This document shows positions 37,468 to 50,461 of a stretch of DNA of 64,000 nt, piece after piece. Source of the DNA: Octopus vulgaris. Taxonomy: Eukaryota. The notes under the pieces were generated by a model, which searched no databases, was not told the DNA's origin, and saw nothing but the letters and a program-made list of their open reading frames with translations. Numbering within the stretch: the stretch's first letter is position 1; every line of letters begins with the position of its first letter. The position numbers and the translations under genes are program-made. The DNA is taken from the NCBI GenBank assembly GCA_951406725.2, contig OX597835.1:15500001-15564000 (forward strand), read 5' to 3'.

Positions 37468-38081
37468 GTAAGTTTTAAATCTTAAATAAGGCCGGAGTTT
37501 TTTTTTTGGGGGGGGGGTGACATTTATTTCAGAACTGGCATAAATATCTTTTACCTTTTACTTGTTTTAATCATTAGACTGTGGCCATCCTGGAGCACCG
37601 CGTTGAAGGGTCTTTAGTTGGGCAAATCGACCACAGGATTTTTCAAAGCCTCAAATTGTGGCCGATGCCAGCCCCGCCTCGACTGGCTTCCGTGTCGGTG
37701 GCACGTAAAAAGCACCATCCGAATCGTGGCCGAAGCCAGTGCCGCCTCGACTGGCTTCCGTGCAGGTGGCACGTAAAATGCACCAATCCGACCGTGGCTG
37801 ATGCCAGCCTCGCCTGGCACCAGTGCAGGTGGCACGTAAAAAGCACCCACTACACTCACGGAGTGGTTGGCGTTAGGAAGGGCATCCAGCTGTAGAAACA
37901 TTGCCAGATAAGACCGGAGCCTGGTGCAGCCTTCTGGCTTCCCAGATCCCCGGTCGAACCGTCCAACCCATGCTAGCATGGAGAACGGACGTTAAACGAT
38001 GATGATGATGATGATGATGATGATACTTATTCTATAGGTCTCTTTTGTCAAATACTAATTTGTGTATAATTTCCACTTCAG

Positions 38082-38258
38082 AAATGTCGGTGACGTCAGC
38101 GAAGAATTGGCAACCGCTGCCAAAGAAGTTGCCGAGTCTTTACCAGGAGATCCTTTACAAACTCAGTCTCAGTTACTACAGAGGTTGCAGGCTCATAACG
38201 TGCTCTCAGAATCCCAAAAGACAAATGCAGCTGACGCGAAACCAAGCTTTAGCATTGA
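38082..38258 (+). CDS. MRPS31: MRPS31 exon 3
   Basis: ELATAAKEVAESLPGDPLQTQSQLLQRL matches the mS31 motif ELVxAAxxVAxSLP..xxxSELL; ttcag|..|gtaagt. Confidence 0.9.
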
Positions 38259-38620
38259 GTAAGTAAAAATTTCTGAATGTTACTTTTTTATTTCTGTATT
38301 TCAAAAGTCCATTTGTAATCATCTCATTTGATATTGTTAGATTAATCGTTTCATCATCATCTTCAAACGTCTGCTTTGAAATTGGGGCAACCTTTCTACC
38401 ACACCCTGTATTTCTTTATTAGTCTGGAAACTTCCTTCATATGCTGTTGTGTCTGGGGAGAGTCATTTTCTTTTTGTGCCATATAATTTAACACACTCAC
38501 CGGTAAAATTTCCACTTATTTCTTATTTTTATTTTCCTAAAATTTTCGTTGCATCTTGCAACCTTTACAATAAGTCTTGACTCTCATGTTAATGTATTTT
38601 TATTTTTTTTTATTTTTTAG

Positions 38621-38691
38621 AAATTTATTTGCTGGGATGAAAGTTATCAAAGAGAAAGCATCATATTCAGGAAAAGAAATGAAAACTGATT
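38621..38691 (+). CDS. MRPS31: MRPS31 exon 4
   Basis: tttag|A...T|gtgagt; NLFAGMKVIKEKASYSGKEMKTD; phase 2/1. Confidence 0.82.
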
Positions 38692-40084
38692 GTGAGTAAA
38701 ATTCTAAAAATGTCTTGAATGTATGTGCATTTATTAATCCTTTTGATACCAACTCGTCTGAGAGTACCCCTGGTTCTGTGACACAAACTTCAAGTCTTAA
38801 TGTGATCTAAATTAAAGCCTTCCCTCAAAATTTCATGTTAGTGTATGTTCCAAACACCAGCTTCATAATGACAGTTATTTTACTAAAGTCATCATTATTT
38901 ACAAAATTAATAGAAAAAAAAGCAGTGTATTTTAACAGAAATATGGTAACAAAAGAATTAAAGAGTGAAGAAAAAACATTTAGCATATAAAGCGCATCTT
39001 TCATATGGCTTTATCAGTGGAGCCATAACTGAAAAGAAAATTAGAGAGAAAGCTGCTTAGGTGATACAAACAGTTTTGTAATTAATTTTCAAGTTATGCC
39101 AGCATGGAACATGGACATTAAATGATAACATTCTGTCAAGGTGTTTAAGGCAATATTTATTACTATCACATAAAGAGGGCAGCATAACAGAGAAATAGAC
39201 CTCAATTTAAATTATATAACTGCATAAAAACAGAACATGGGGAAGAAGAAATAGAAATTACAAATGAATATTCCTATTATCTTACAATTGTAAAGATTCT
39301 CTACAATTAAAATTATAGATTTATGCCTTAAGGTTTCACTGTGTGTGCGTGCTTGCTTACAGTGATGGATTCGAAGGTTTCATTTACTTACGACTTGATT
39401 TCTTAATTTCACCAGAGTACAAATACCTATAATGGTGATAGTTAAAAAAAATTAATTAAAATAAAATGGAACTTATAAATTTCCCGATTAGCAAGTGGTC
39501 ATATTATTTTGTTCACTTTCTTTTGCATATGAATCAATCCTCGACTGTGTGTGTATAGATCATGGTGTACCTGTTCGCGTAGATACGTGTGTGTACACCG
39601 ATGGATTTGAGGGTTTCGTTTATTTACGAGTTGATTTCTGAACTTCACCAGAGTATAAATGATACTTTAAAAAAAAAAATTAATTCACTTCAATTAAAAA
39701 GCATGGGTAAGCAACACAGGGTATGCATTGCCCCTCCAATGCCTTTTTTCTTTTTTTTTTGTAAGTGTCTTTGTTGTAGTTGGTGGTGATATTGCTACAA
39801 TGACAGCTTAGTCATTGTTAGTATGACATGACACCTTTAGACACTAGGAAATCAAATGAATCACACATTTATTGAAATTACTCAATCATATAGTCAATGA
39901 AAGCATAGAAAAGATATTTTTAGTCCAGGGGACAACAAAAAGAATGGTGCTCATATTTCTTCTATTTTGGTGCATTGAATGCAAATCAAAACGCTGTATT
40001 TCTTTTAGAATTTCTTTGGAAGATATCCTTCCAGTGTCTTAAAATCAAAGTTAAATTTTCTTTTCCTCTTTCCTCACTGAACAG

Positions 40085-40145
40085 CTCAGACACCTCAAAT
40101 GAAGAGACAAATGCCCAAGTCAATCATCCATACTGAAACAGATAG
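40085..40145 (+). CDS. MRPS31: MRPS31 exon 5
   Basis: aacag|CT...AG|gtaac; QTPQMKRQMPKSIIHTETD; needed to bridge phase 1 to phase 2. Confidence 0.75.
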
Positions 40146-41592
40146 GTAACAGTAAATTTTACTATTTGGAATGTATGAGTGTGTGTGTGTGTGTGTGTGT
40201 CTAAATACACGTGTCTAAATAAATTCCTGTTCGAGTCAATACAGAATTACAGATAGTATTTATAGAATTTTGATTTACTGTCGGGTGACTTCTGGCCAAC
40301 CCTGTATATAAAACATATATTTTCGGAGACACCCTTCGGTCACGACACAGACCATGGGATTGCACCTAGAAAGTTACCCTCCTAGACAAGTCCGGGCGAG
40401 GTTGTTTATGGAAGACCAGCAGTCGCCCATGCATACCAGCCGCCCCTCTCCACGCCACCAGTGTTATCCAAGGGAAGGACAAAGGTCGATACAGCTTGGC
40501 ACCTGTGACGTCGCAACTCATTTCTACAGCTGAGTGAACTGGAACAACGTGAAATAAAGTGCCTTGCTCAAGAACACAACACGCAGCCCGGTCCGGGATT
40601 CGAGCTCACAACCTCGCAATTGTAAGCTCGACGCTCTAACCACTGAGCCATGCGCCTTCACATATATTTATTATTATTATTATTTATAAGGCAGCAAACT
40701 GGCAGAATTGTCAGTTTGCTGGACAAAATGCTTTGTGACAATCCATTCATCTTTATGCTCTGAGGTCAATTTCTACCAAAATGGGTTTTTCTTGTTCATC
40801 ACACTTTAGGGGTCGATACATTAAGTACCAATTGAATACCAGGGTCAACGTAATTGACTAGCCCCACCCCACCCCAACACACACGCACACACAAATTTCA
40901 GCCCCCATGCTTATTGTAGAAAGGATTATTATTATTGTTGTTATAATTAAGGTGGCAAGCTGGTAGAATCGTTAGCGTGTCGGGCAAAGTACTCAGCCAC
41001 ATTTCATCCATCATTATGTTCTGAGTTCAAATTCCACCGAGGTCAACTTTGCCTTTCATCCTTTCAGGGTTGATAAAATAACCCTTTGGTGTTTAAGCCG
41101 GCCATATCTGGCCCAAATATCCTACATGTTTTACATTCAAATTGGCCATATCTGGCCCAAATATCCTACATGTTTTACATTCAAACTGGTCATATCTGGC
41201 CCCTCACACCTAACCTACATTGACATTCTAAGAATAAACTATCACACCATTGAAACTTCAAAGCTGTAAGATAATGTATGATTAATTAAAAACAATTCGA
41301 GTGATAAAAGTATTACATTTAACAGATTAATCTGAACACTAAAGGGTTAAATACCAGTAAAACACTGGGGTCAATGTAATCAGCTAGTCTCCTCCCCCAA
41401 AATTTCAGGCCTTGTGCCTCTAGTAGAAAGGATTATTATTATTATTGTTATTATTATTATTAATGTAACCATATGTAATTTTTTTTCTTACCTGTGCCTA
41501 AATCATTATATGCTGGTTTCCCATGTTTCCTGAAATCTTCCAAAATTCCCAAGAATGTGAAATGTTTAATACATTCTCTTGTTTTTACACAG

Positions 41593-41660
41593 CACAAAGA
41601 TATTTTCTGCTCCCGGCCTTAAAATTTTTGACAAAGTTACACACCCTGCACCTGAACCAG
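41593..41660 (+). CDS. MRPS31: MRPS31 exon 6
   Basis: cacag|C...G|gtaatt; TKIFSAPGLKIFDKVTHPAPEP (IF..xxLxIFD motif); phase 2/1. Confidence 0.85.
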
Positions 41661-42274
41661 GTAATTTCTTTTTTGTTTTTCCTAAGTTGCTATTTCAGAA
41701 TTATTTCAGAGGGTGGGAGCTGCAAACCCTAATTACTGTCTACTAGTACATGACCCGATTTTTTTGAGCCTGAAATAAATTACCTTTTGTTTCACTGCAG
41801 TCATCATCATAACCATCATCATTTAATCTCTGTTGTCCATGCTGGCATGGGTTGGACAATTTGATCATAGCTGGCAAGCTGGAAGGCTGCACCAGGCTCC
41901 AGTCTGCTTTGGCATGGGTTCTACAGCTGGATGCCCTTCCTAAAGCCAACCACTTTACAGAGTGTGCTGGGTGCTTTTATGTGGAACCAGCACAGGTGCC
42001 ATTATACAGAACTGGCACAAGTGCTTTTTATGTCACATAGACACAGAACTCTTGTAGGCCAATCCTTTTCACCAGTGGGAGTGGCCTTAACACCTCAGCT
42101 GTATAGTACAGGTCTTGTTGAGTACAGCAAGGCGGCGCCAGGTATCTCAGTCTTTCGTCATCTCCTCTGTAAGATTCAGCATCCTGGGGTTGTCCTTCAG
42201 TGAAACGAAAGAAATATTTAATCGAACAAAATACATACCTTATTTTCTGGTATATAAGTCGACATAGTGTATCC

Positions 42275-42718
42275 TACAGTTCTATATTTAAGAGACGAGG
42301 AATTATGTATCTTATTTACATTTGACGGATATTTGTCCTCGTCTTGTTTGTTGTTAGCACAATATTTCAGCTGATATACCCTCCAGCCTTCATCAGGTGT
42401 CTTGAGGAAATTTCGAACCTGGGTTCTCATTCTTAAGGTATTTTTTGTTGTCATTATTCAGATCACTGCCTAGAATCAAATTCAGAATCTTGGGGTTAGT
42501 AGCCCATACGCTTAACTACTATGCCATGGGCATATGGCATAGTGGTTAAGAGCGCGAGCTACTAACCCCAAGATTCCAAGTTCGATTCCAGGCAGTGACC
42601 TGAATAATAATAATAATAATAATAATATCGAAAAATATCTTAGGAATGAGAACCCAGGTTTGAAATTTCCCCAAGACACCTGATGAAGGCTGGAGGGTAT
42701 ATCAGCCGAAACGTTGTC
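42275..42718. mobile_element. Head-to-head inverted dimer of a tRNA-headed SINE-like element carrying a hammerhead motif
   Basis: Arms mirror around ~42530; A-box TAGTGGTTAAG and B-box GTTCGATTCC; CTGATGA-A-GGCTG..CAGCC-GAAACGTT at 42680-42715 and a mirrored copy at ~42357-42401. Confidence 0.75.
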
Positions 42719-43274
42719 TGATAGGGAATTAACCTTGTCTTAAAGTGAAGGGGGAAAATCTACATTGGAGGGTTGCAGGCTGATACAGGAAGGGTCAGCA
42801 AATTATGCATTGTATCAATGCCAGTGATTTTACATGCTTTTATGAAAATGACTGAAGCACAGTTCTTGAAATTATCTATAAGAAATTGATCAACTATCTT
42901 TTTGAAATGATAGAATGAGAGGAACTGAGGTGAGTGGAAGTATTTATGAATCAAGGTTATTTGTGTGTTGGGAAGACTAAGGTCAGTTTGAGGTAAAAAT
43001 GTAGGTAAATGGAGTGATTGTTATTTATGTTTGATGTGTAGTTATTGTCGTGTGTGTAAGTGCTTGTGCCTCCTAACAGAGGAAATATATATACATATAT
43101 ATATATATCACTTGTTGATCCCATTTTCTCTACCACTACGAACTCTTCTCCACTAGACTTTTTACCTTTACGGACCTCTACAGATACTCTACCTCTCTTC
43201 ACTGGACTTTTTACCTCTATGGACACTTACCCTCTGGCTACACCTCTCCTACACATGGGTCACAGTGGCTATAC

Positions 43275-43305
<31 letters not shown>

Positions 43306-43656
43306 GTTTGTCTCCTCACCATCTTTGTAACTTAGCGATTTGGCAAAAGAGGCTAATAGAATAAGTACTAGGCTTACAAAGAATAAGTCCTGGGGTCGAT
43401 TTCTTTGACTAAAAACCCTTTAACATGGTGCTCCATTATGACTGAAACAAGTAAAAGAATATTTAAAATAAGTAATCTTTAGGTAAGGGTATAATGACAA
43501 GGACATCTAGCATATATTTCTCCAACCCTTACTAGCAGGAAAAAATGGATATGAAAACAAGCAATATAAATGCACTTTTTTTTTCTTTTCTTGCAGTCAA
43601 CCAGTTTCTTGAATGTTCTATGGCTGAGCTATTTAATTTTCTTTTCTTTACAACAG

Positions 43657-43794
43657 AGAAACAAAGCCTGTGGGATGAAATAAATGAAGAAACCTTAACT
43701 TCCACTCCTCTATTCCCTTCAAATGCTTTTGAAGAAATGGCTATTTGGACGAAAGAAGGAAAATACTGGACATTCCCAATCAATAATGAAGCCG
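43657..43794 (+). CDS. MRPS31: MRPS31 exon 7
   Basis: SLWD...NAFEEMAIWTKEGKYWTFPINNEAG, conserved mS31 C-terminal domain; aacag|..|gtcagt. Confidence 0.95.
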
Positions 43795-43975
43795 GTCAGT
43801 TTAATACTCTTTTACTCTTTTACTTGTTTCAGTCATTTGACTGCGACCATGCAGGAGCACCGCCAGTACTTATTCTATCGGTCTCTTTTGCCGAACCGCT
43901 AAGTGACAGGGACGTAAACACACCAGCATCGGTTGTCAAGCAATGCTAGGGGGACAAACACAGACACAAACACAT

Positions 43976-44014
<39 letters not shown>

Positions 44015-46349
44015 CATATATACGACGGGCTTGTTTCAGTTTCCGTCTACCAAATCCACTCACAAGGCATTGGTCGGCCCAAGGCTATAGTAGAAGACAC
44101 TTGCCCAGACACTTGCATGGCTGTGTGGTAAGGAATTTGCTTCCCAGCCACATGGTTTCAGGTTCAGTCTCACTGTGTGTCACCTTGGGCAAATGTCTTC
44201 TTCTACAGCCCTGGGCTGATCAAAGCCATGTGAGTGGATTCGGTAGATGAGAACTGAAAGAAGCCTGTTGTGTGTGTGTGTGCATATGTTACTGTCCTCT
44301 TGCCTTGATGTCACACAATAGCTGTAAACAAGGCTCACCATCATCCAAGCATTGTCCTTTGTTTCCAATCTTTTGTGAAAACATATCTGGTCAACAGGGA
44401 AATATTACTATTCTTGGAAACAGATATGGGTTGGTGACAGAAAGAGCATCTGGCCACAGAAAATCCACCTCAGCAAATTCTGTCTGACCCATACCAGCAT
44501 GGAAAAGCAGACATTTAACCCTTTAGCATTCAGATTAATTTCTCAAATGCAATGCTTATTTATCTACATCTTTTAAAATTAATCTTGTAGTAATCTTGTA
44601 GCTTTGAGATTTTGAAGATCATCATCATCATCATCATCGTTTAACGTCCGCTTTCCATGCTAGCATGGGTTGGACGATTTTGACTGAGGGCTGGCAAACC
44701 AGATGGCTGCACCAGGCTCCAATCTTGATCTGGCAGGGTTTCTACTGCTGGATGCCCTTTCTAACGCCAACCACTCCGAGAGTGTAGTGGGTGCTTTTTA
44801 CGGGGCCAGTCAGGCAGTACTGGCAATGACCTCACTCAAATCTTTTTACACATGCTACCGGCACAGGTGCCAGTAAGGTGACGCTGGTAACGATCACGTT
44901 TGAACGCCGCCTTTTACGTGCCACCAGTACGGAAGCCAGTTAGCCGCTCTGGCAACGATCACGCTCAGATGGTGCTCTTGGTACCCTATTAGCACAAGCA
45001 CAAGTGCCAGCAAGGTGATACTGGTAACGATCACACTCGAATGGTGCCTTTTATGTGCCACTGGCACGGAAGCCGGTTAGCTGCTCTGTCAACGATCACA
45101 CTCGTATGGTGCTCTTTGCACCCTGCTAGCATGGATGCCAGTCATCGAATTTGATTTTGATTACACTTGCCTCAACAGGTCTTCGCAAGCAGAGTTTAGT
45201 GTCCAAAGAAGGAAAAGGTAACAGCAGTATGGAAATAGCTAGAAATGTTGAAGAAATAAACTACCTCTGTATCTAACCCCACTGAAGCATAGCTGAGCTC
45301 ATTTAGTCAACAATGACTACAACAACAATGTGCTCTTACCTACAAAGATCTAGATCAGGTTTGGACGACCTTTTCCAAGAAGCAGACCATATAAGACATG
45401 GTTCAACAAACAGGCTACACTACTGGAAAAGTCAATGAAATTATTTGTTGGGTGTACCATTTAAAAAGTCCCCTACGCCACAGTTTGCTCATTACTGATC
45501 TAGACATAACAAAACACCAGAAATATACCACCAAACATACAAATATATATATACTCGCTTGGCCTCCGTGCCAGTGGCACGTAAGAAGCACTCTCCGATC
45601 GTGGCCATTTGCCAGCCTCGCCTGGCACCTGTGCCAGTGGAACGTAAAAAGCACCCACTACACTCATGGAGTGGTTGGCGTTAGGAAGGGCATCCAGCCG
45701 TAGAAACATTGCCAGATCAGACTGGGCCTGGTGCAGCCTTCTGGCTTCCCAGACCCCAGTTGCACCGTCCAACCCATGCCAGCATGGAAAGCGGACGCTA
45801 AACGATGATGATGATATATACACAAGGAATTAAACAATAAACAAGATGAAGATGAATAAAAACAACCAGATATCAAAATGAAATGAGAATATTTAAGGTT
45901 AAATCTCCTAACTTATTGGTAAGGGTATGTTTCAAAACAATAATTATTTTGCATCATCATCATCATTATTTAATGTCTGTCTTCCATGCTGAGTTTGATA
46001 GGGGCTGGCAAGCCAGAGGACTGCACCAAACTCCAGTTTTTGCATGGTTTTTATGGCTGGATGCTCTTCCTGATACCAATGTTATGCGTTGTTTCGTTCT
46101 GATGGGTGATGGCCAACTCAATTGAAGGCATATATCGTTTTATGTGTTTATTTGCTTTGCATGTTACACCAACTGTCCGACCCTCAGCATAGTGATACTT
46201 ATATACCTTAGACACAGCGTAGTAATACTTATAAAATAGTGCCAAAAGCGGGGACGCATTCCACACACGCATGCCCACGCATACACATAGATATGAATGT
46301 GTAACAACCAACTTATTTCTTTTTAATCTATTTATTTTGTTATTTCTAG

Positions 46350-46579
46350 GCTGGGAAGAAGAAATGAACACAGGATTCCACGAACATGTCTTTCTAGAAG
46401 ATCTGATTGCTGATTTCCCCTCAAAAGGACCAATTCGTCACTTTATGGAATTAGTCATTACAGGACTTTCAATGAGCCCTTATTTAACAGTCCAACAAAA
46501 GAAGGACCATATTTCCTGGTTTAAGAATTATTTTGAAGAAAAACGACACTTACTTAAAGAGGAATTGGCTTTAAAATAA
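46350..46579 (+). CDS. MRPS31: MRPS31 terminal exon, 28S mitochondrial ribosomal protein S31
   Basis: FHEHVFLEDLIADFPSKGPIRHFMELVITGLSMSPYLTVQQKKDHISWFKNYF is diagnostic; spliced CDS totals 954 nt; AATAAA at 46655. Confidence 0.96.
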
Positions 46580-48264
46580 TAAAAGAAAAATTCATAATCA
46601 ACAAAAAAATGCATTACAATATTGTTTCATTATTTGTTTTTATTTAAATTTGATAATAAATATTTAGAAAGAAATTATATTAATTTTTTGGGCTTTTTTT
46701 ACTTTTTAGTCATATTTAAAATTTGTAATTTTTATGTATGAAACAGATTTATTTTCTTAAGCTAATTGGAAATAGGTGTTTATCTGTTGACATGTTTCCA
46801 TCTAAACATTAATTTGCTTAAAAAATACAAGATACAGTCATAGTTGTGTGGTTAAGAAGTTTGCTTGATTAGGAATCATCATCATCATCGTTTAACGTCC
46901 GCTTTCCATGCTAGCATGGGTTGGATGTGTGACTGAGGGCTGTCGAACCAGATGGCTGCACCAGGCTTCAATCTTGATCTAGCAGAGTTTCTACAGTTGG
47001 ATACCCTTCCTAACACAAACCACTCTGAGAGTGTAGTGGGTGCTTTTACGTGCCACCGGCACGGGGCCAGTCAGGTGGCACTGGCGACGACATCGCTTGA
47101 ATCTTTTACACATGCCACTGGTGCAGCTGCCAGTAAGGCGATGCTGATAACGATTACACTCGTACGGTGTTATTTTACGTGCCACCGGCACGGAGGCCAG
47201 ATAGCTGCTCTGGCAACGATCACGTTCAGATGGTACTCTTAATACCCTACTAGCACAGAGCTCGAGTGCTAGTAGTGCGACGCTGGTAACGATCACACTC
47301 AAATGGTGCCTTTTAAGTGCCACTGGCACAGAAGCCGGTCAGCTGCTCTGTCAACGATCACATTCGTATGGTGCTCTTTGCACCCCGCTAGCACGGACGC
47401 CAATCATTGAATATCAGTAAGTAATAGTGAAGTGAAATTACAAATGCTGTGTCCTGTCAGTGTTAGTGCCGAAGTTCTGATGCTATATTACAGGAATGGA
47501 AAGCAACAGTAAGTAACGGTCCAATGAAATTACAAATGCTGTATCCTGTCAGTCAGATTTAGATTTACTTGTCTTGTATGTGTGTGTTATATAAGAGAAA
47601 AACATGTAATAATTGAACTAGAAAAAAGATGGATTTCATATATGAACTTTTGGTTGTTCCTCAAGTTGTAATCCAGTGACTAGTGTTTGGCTCTGGCTTG
47701 GTATTAACGCTCATATCAGAACTGAGAAGCTAGAAAAATGTGTGTATCATATAGAAGACTAGCTTTGAGGAATCCAGGTGACTGTGATGGCACTGAAAAG
47801 GTGGAGTGGAACATCCATTTGTCACTGTTCCTTTTGATGTTTGAATAGGCGGTATATCGTGAACGAAGCTAGAAGAATAGATTTAGGGAATCCAGGCGAC
47901 TGTGCAATGGCACTGAAAAGGCCATGGATGAAGTGGAAGACCCATTTGTCATGGTTTCTTTTGACATTTGAATAGGCTGTATGCCCAAGGAGAATTGAAA
48001 GATTCAGTTTCAAATCTGAAGCAGGGGGAGAGCAGAAATTCCAACACTTTATTACAGGAATGGAAGGCAAGGCAACAGTAATAGTCCAATGAAATTACAA
48101 ATGATGTAATTTCAATCTGTAGTAGAGGCGTAGGTAGAAACTCTATAAGATGTACCCAGTGTAAGCTATGGACACATAAGAGGTGCAATAATATCAAAGG
48201 AAGGCTAACTGGGAAGATAGTTTTTATATATGGCAGATACTCAAGAGCAATAAACACTGAAAAT

Positions 48265-48447
48265 GTGCAGAGAACATCTGCCACATTCCAGGGAGGAAGA
48301 CTAGAGGTAGTTGATAGCTTCCATTACCTAGGTGACCAAGTCTGTAGCGAGGGAGGGTGCGCTGAAAGTGTAGCTGCTAAAATAAGAATAGCCTGGGCAA
48401 AATTCAGAGAGCTCTTACCTCTGCTGGTGACAAAGGGCCTCTCTCAC
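48265..48447 (+). pseudogene. RTE-clade LINE reverse transcriptase fragment
   Basis: LEVVDSFHYLGDQVCSEGGCAESVAAKIRIAWAKFRELLPLL, RT/thumb F-x-YLG motif. Confidence 0.8.
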
Positions 48448-48715
48448 GACTGGATGTGTGTTGTGAACTGAAAGAACAGTTAGAAGTTGATCTTGACCTT
48501 TTTCCAAAGGTCATCACTGATGACAAAAGCTGCTGCTATGGCTATGACTTGGAAACGAAGCAACAATTAAGTCAATGGAAGTAAAAAAGCCTGTCAAGTG
48601 AAGTCCAATGTCAAGATGACTCTGATTTGCTTCATCAATGCAAAAGGAATTGTTGACACAAAATTTGTTCCTCCTGGTCAAACTGTTAACCAGAAATTTT
48701 CTTTGGCAGTTTTCA
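48448..48715 (+). pseudogene. Mariner transposase fragment
   Basis: KVITDDKSCCYGYDLETKQQLSQWK* and KSNVKMTLICFINAKGIVDTKFVPPGQTVNQKF match mariner ITGDETW..YDPETKQQS.QW and GQTVN motifs. Confidence 0.8.
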
Positions 48716-50421
48716 CAAATACCATTGTGGGTTCTTTCAGCCTCTCCCCATTGTCATGCCATTATAGTGTTGGCCACCTTTCACACCATGCTGCTCTCAA
48801 TAAAATCATAAAGTATGTCCTAGATTTCCCCTTCCCAGTTTGAGCCAGCAAGGCTAGACCAAAGGGGATGGTAAAAGGCCTGACAGCATGGTAATTTTCT
48901 TGTTCTGTGGTGATAGGCCCTTCTTCTGAGATGCCATGTGCTATGACATCTTATCCAGTGGCAACTTGGTGCGTTCAGCTGCCAGCCCAGTCTTTGTTGA
49001 TTGTCAGGCCAAGAAGGGCAAACTGGCAGGTTTGTGGTCAAGCCTGTGGCAGTTGACACTGCTGGTGTTCTTGGGCCCTGGGCCACATCCCTGCTCACTG
49101 CCCACTAGCGTAGCTAGAATGTGTGCTGCCCAGAGTGGGCCTTCAGTTTGCCACCCCCTCACAAATAATACAGCAGACCCAGAAGTGATGCCACTCTCAA
49201 GAAAATGTCATCTGGGGTAGACCGCTCCCTTTGCTCTCCTCTCTAGCTATGTTAGTATCATCGCCATTAGGGCGGAGAAGGCTATCCGCAAGTGCGAGCC
49301 CCACGAGAGAGAATGCTGCTGTTGCTGCTGAGCGAACGGTCTTCGTCCCAGAGCTTGCAAGATGGGAGAAGTCCGAAACGTGGTCCTTTGCTATTCATAA
49401 GACCCGCAGAAGAGAAAGTAGGTCAACTCCCGACACCGAGAGCATCGACGGATGGATGAATGCGCATCCAGGCTCAGCGGTTACGTAGGAAGTCGGGGTC
49501 AAGACAGGAAGAAAGAGTGAGAGAAAGTTGGAGCGAAAGAGTGCAACAGGGGTCGCCACCAGAGACTCGTGGAGCTTTAGGTGTTTCTGCTCAATAAACA
49601 CACACAACGCCCGGTCTGGGAATCGAAACCGCGATCCTCTAACCGCGAGTCCACTGCCCTAACCATTGGGCCATTGCACCTCCACTTGCTGCTGGTGCGC
49701 GTCCCCCTAGCCAACTCCCTTGCTATCCTTTCTTTTTATTCATTAATTGTATCAGTTTTTGATAAAGAAAAATGATAATAGCAACACCTTGTTGATGTAT
49801 AAAATATGTGGAAAACTTATTAAAAAGCTACGTTGTTAAAAAGATTCTACGAAATGAAAGTAAAAATTGATTGACGACGTAAAAAGAAAATAGCAAAAGA
49901 AATAAATAAAATAAATAAACAGGAAAGAAAAATACTTGAAGAAGAAAAGCAAAATTAAATAAATAAGATAAATGCAAAATATTACACAGAAAAGTAAAAA
50001 CAGTATATATACATGGCTGTGTGGTAAGTAGCTTGTTTACCAACCACATGGTTCCGGGTTCAGTCCCACTGCGTGGCACCTTGGGCAAGTGTCTTCTACT
50101 ATAGCCTCGGGCCGACCAAAGCCTTGTGAGTGGATTTGGTAGACGGAAACTGAAAGAAGCCCGTCGTATATATGTATATATATGCGTGTGTGTGTTTGTG
50201 TGTTTGTCCCCCTAGCATTGCTTGACAACTGATGCTGGTGTGTTTATGTCCCCGTTACTTAGCGGTTCGGCAAAAGAGACCGATAGAATAAGTACTGGGC
50301 TTACAAAAGAATAAGTCCCGGTGTCGAGTTGCTCGATTAAAGGCGGTGCTCCAGCATGGCCGCAGTCAAATGACTGAAACAAGTAAAAGAGAGAGAGTAA
50401 AGAGTATACATACATACATAC

Positions 50422-50459
<38 letters not shown>

Positions 50460-50461
50460 GT

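Noticed and set aside
42535-42600. tRNA gene
   Set aside because: A and B boxes present, but no proper acceptor stem or T-run terminator; it is a SINE head, as are the other tRNA-like stretches
48820-49230. GC-richer stretch with overlapping 92-94 aa ORFs
   Set aside because: No recognisable domain or splice structure; probably an unclassified repeat relic
49326-49395. Hammerhead-like GGTCTT..TCCCA/TGGGA.AAGTCC-GAAAC-GTG-GTC
   Set aside because: The preceding sequence (CTGAGCGAAC) does not fit the core spacing and no stem I partner exists
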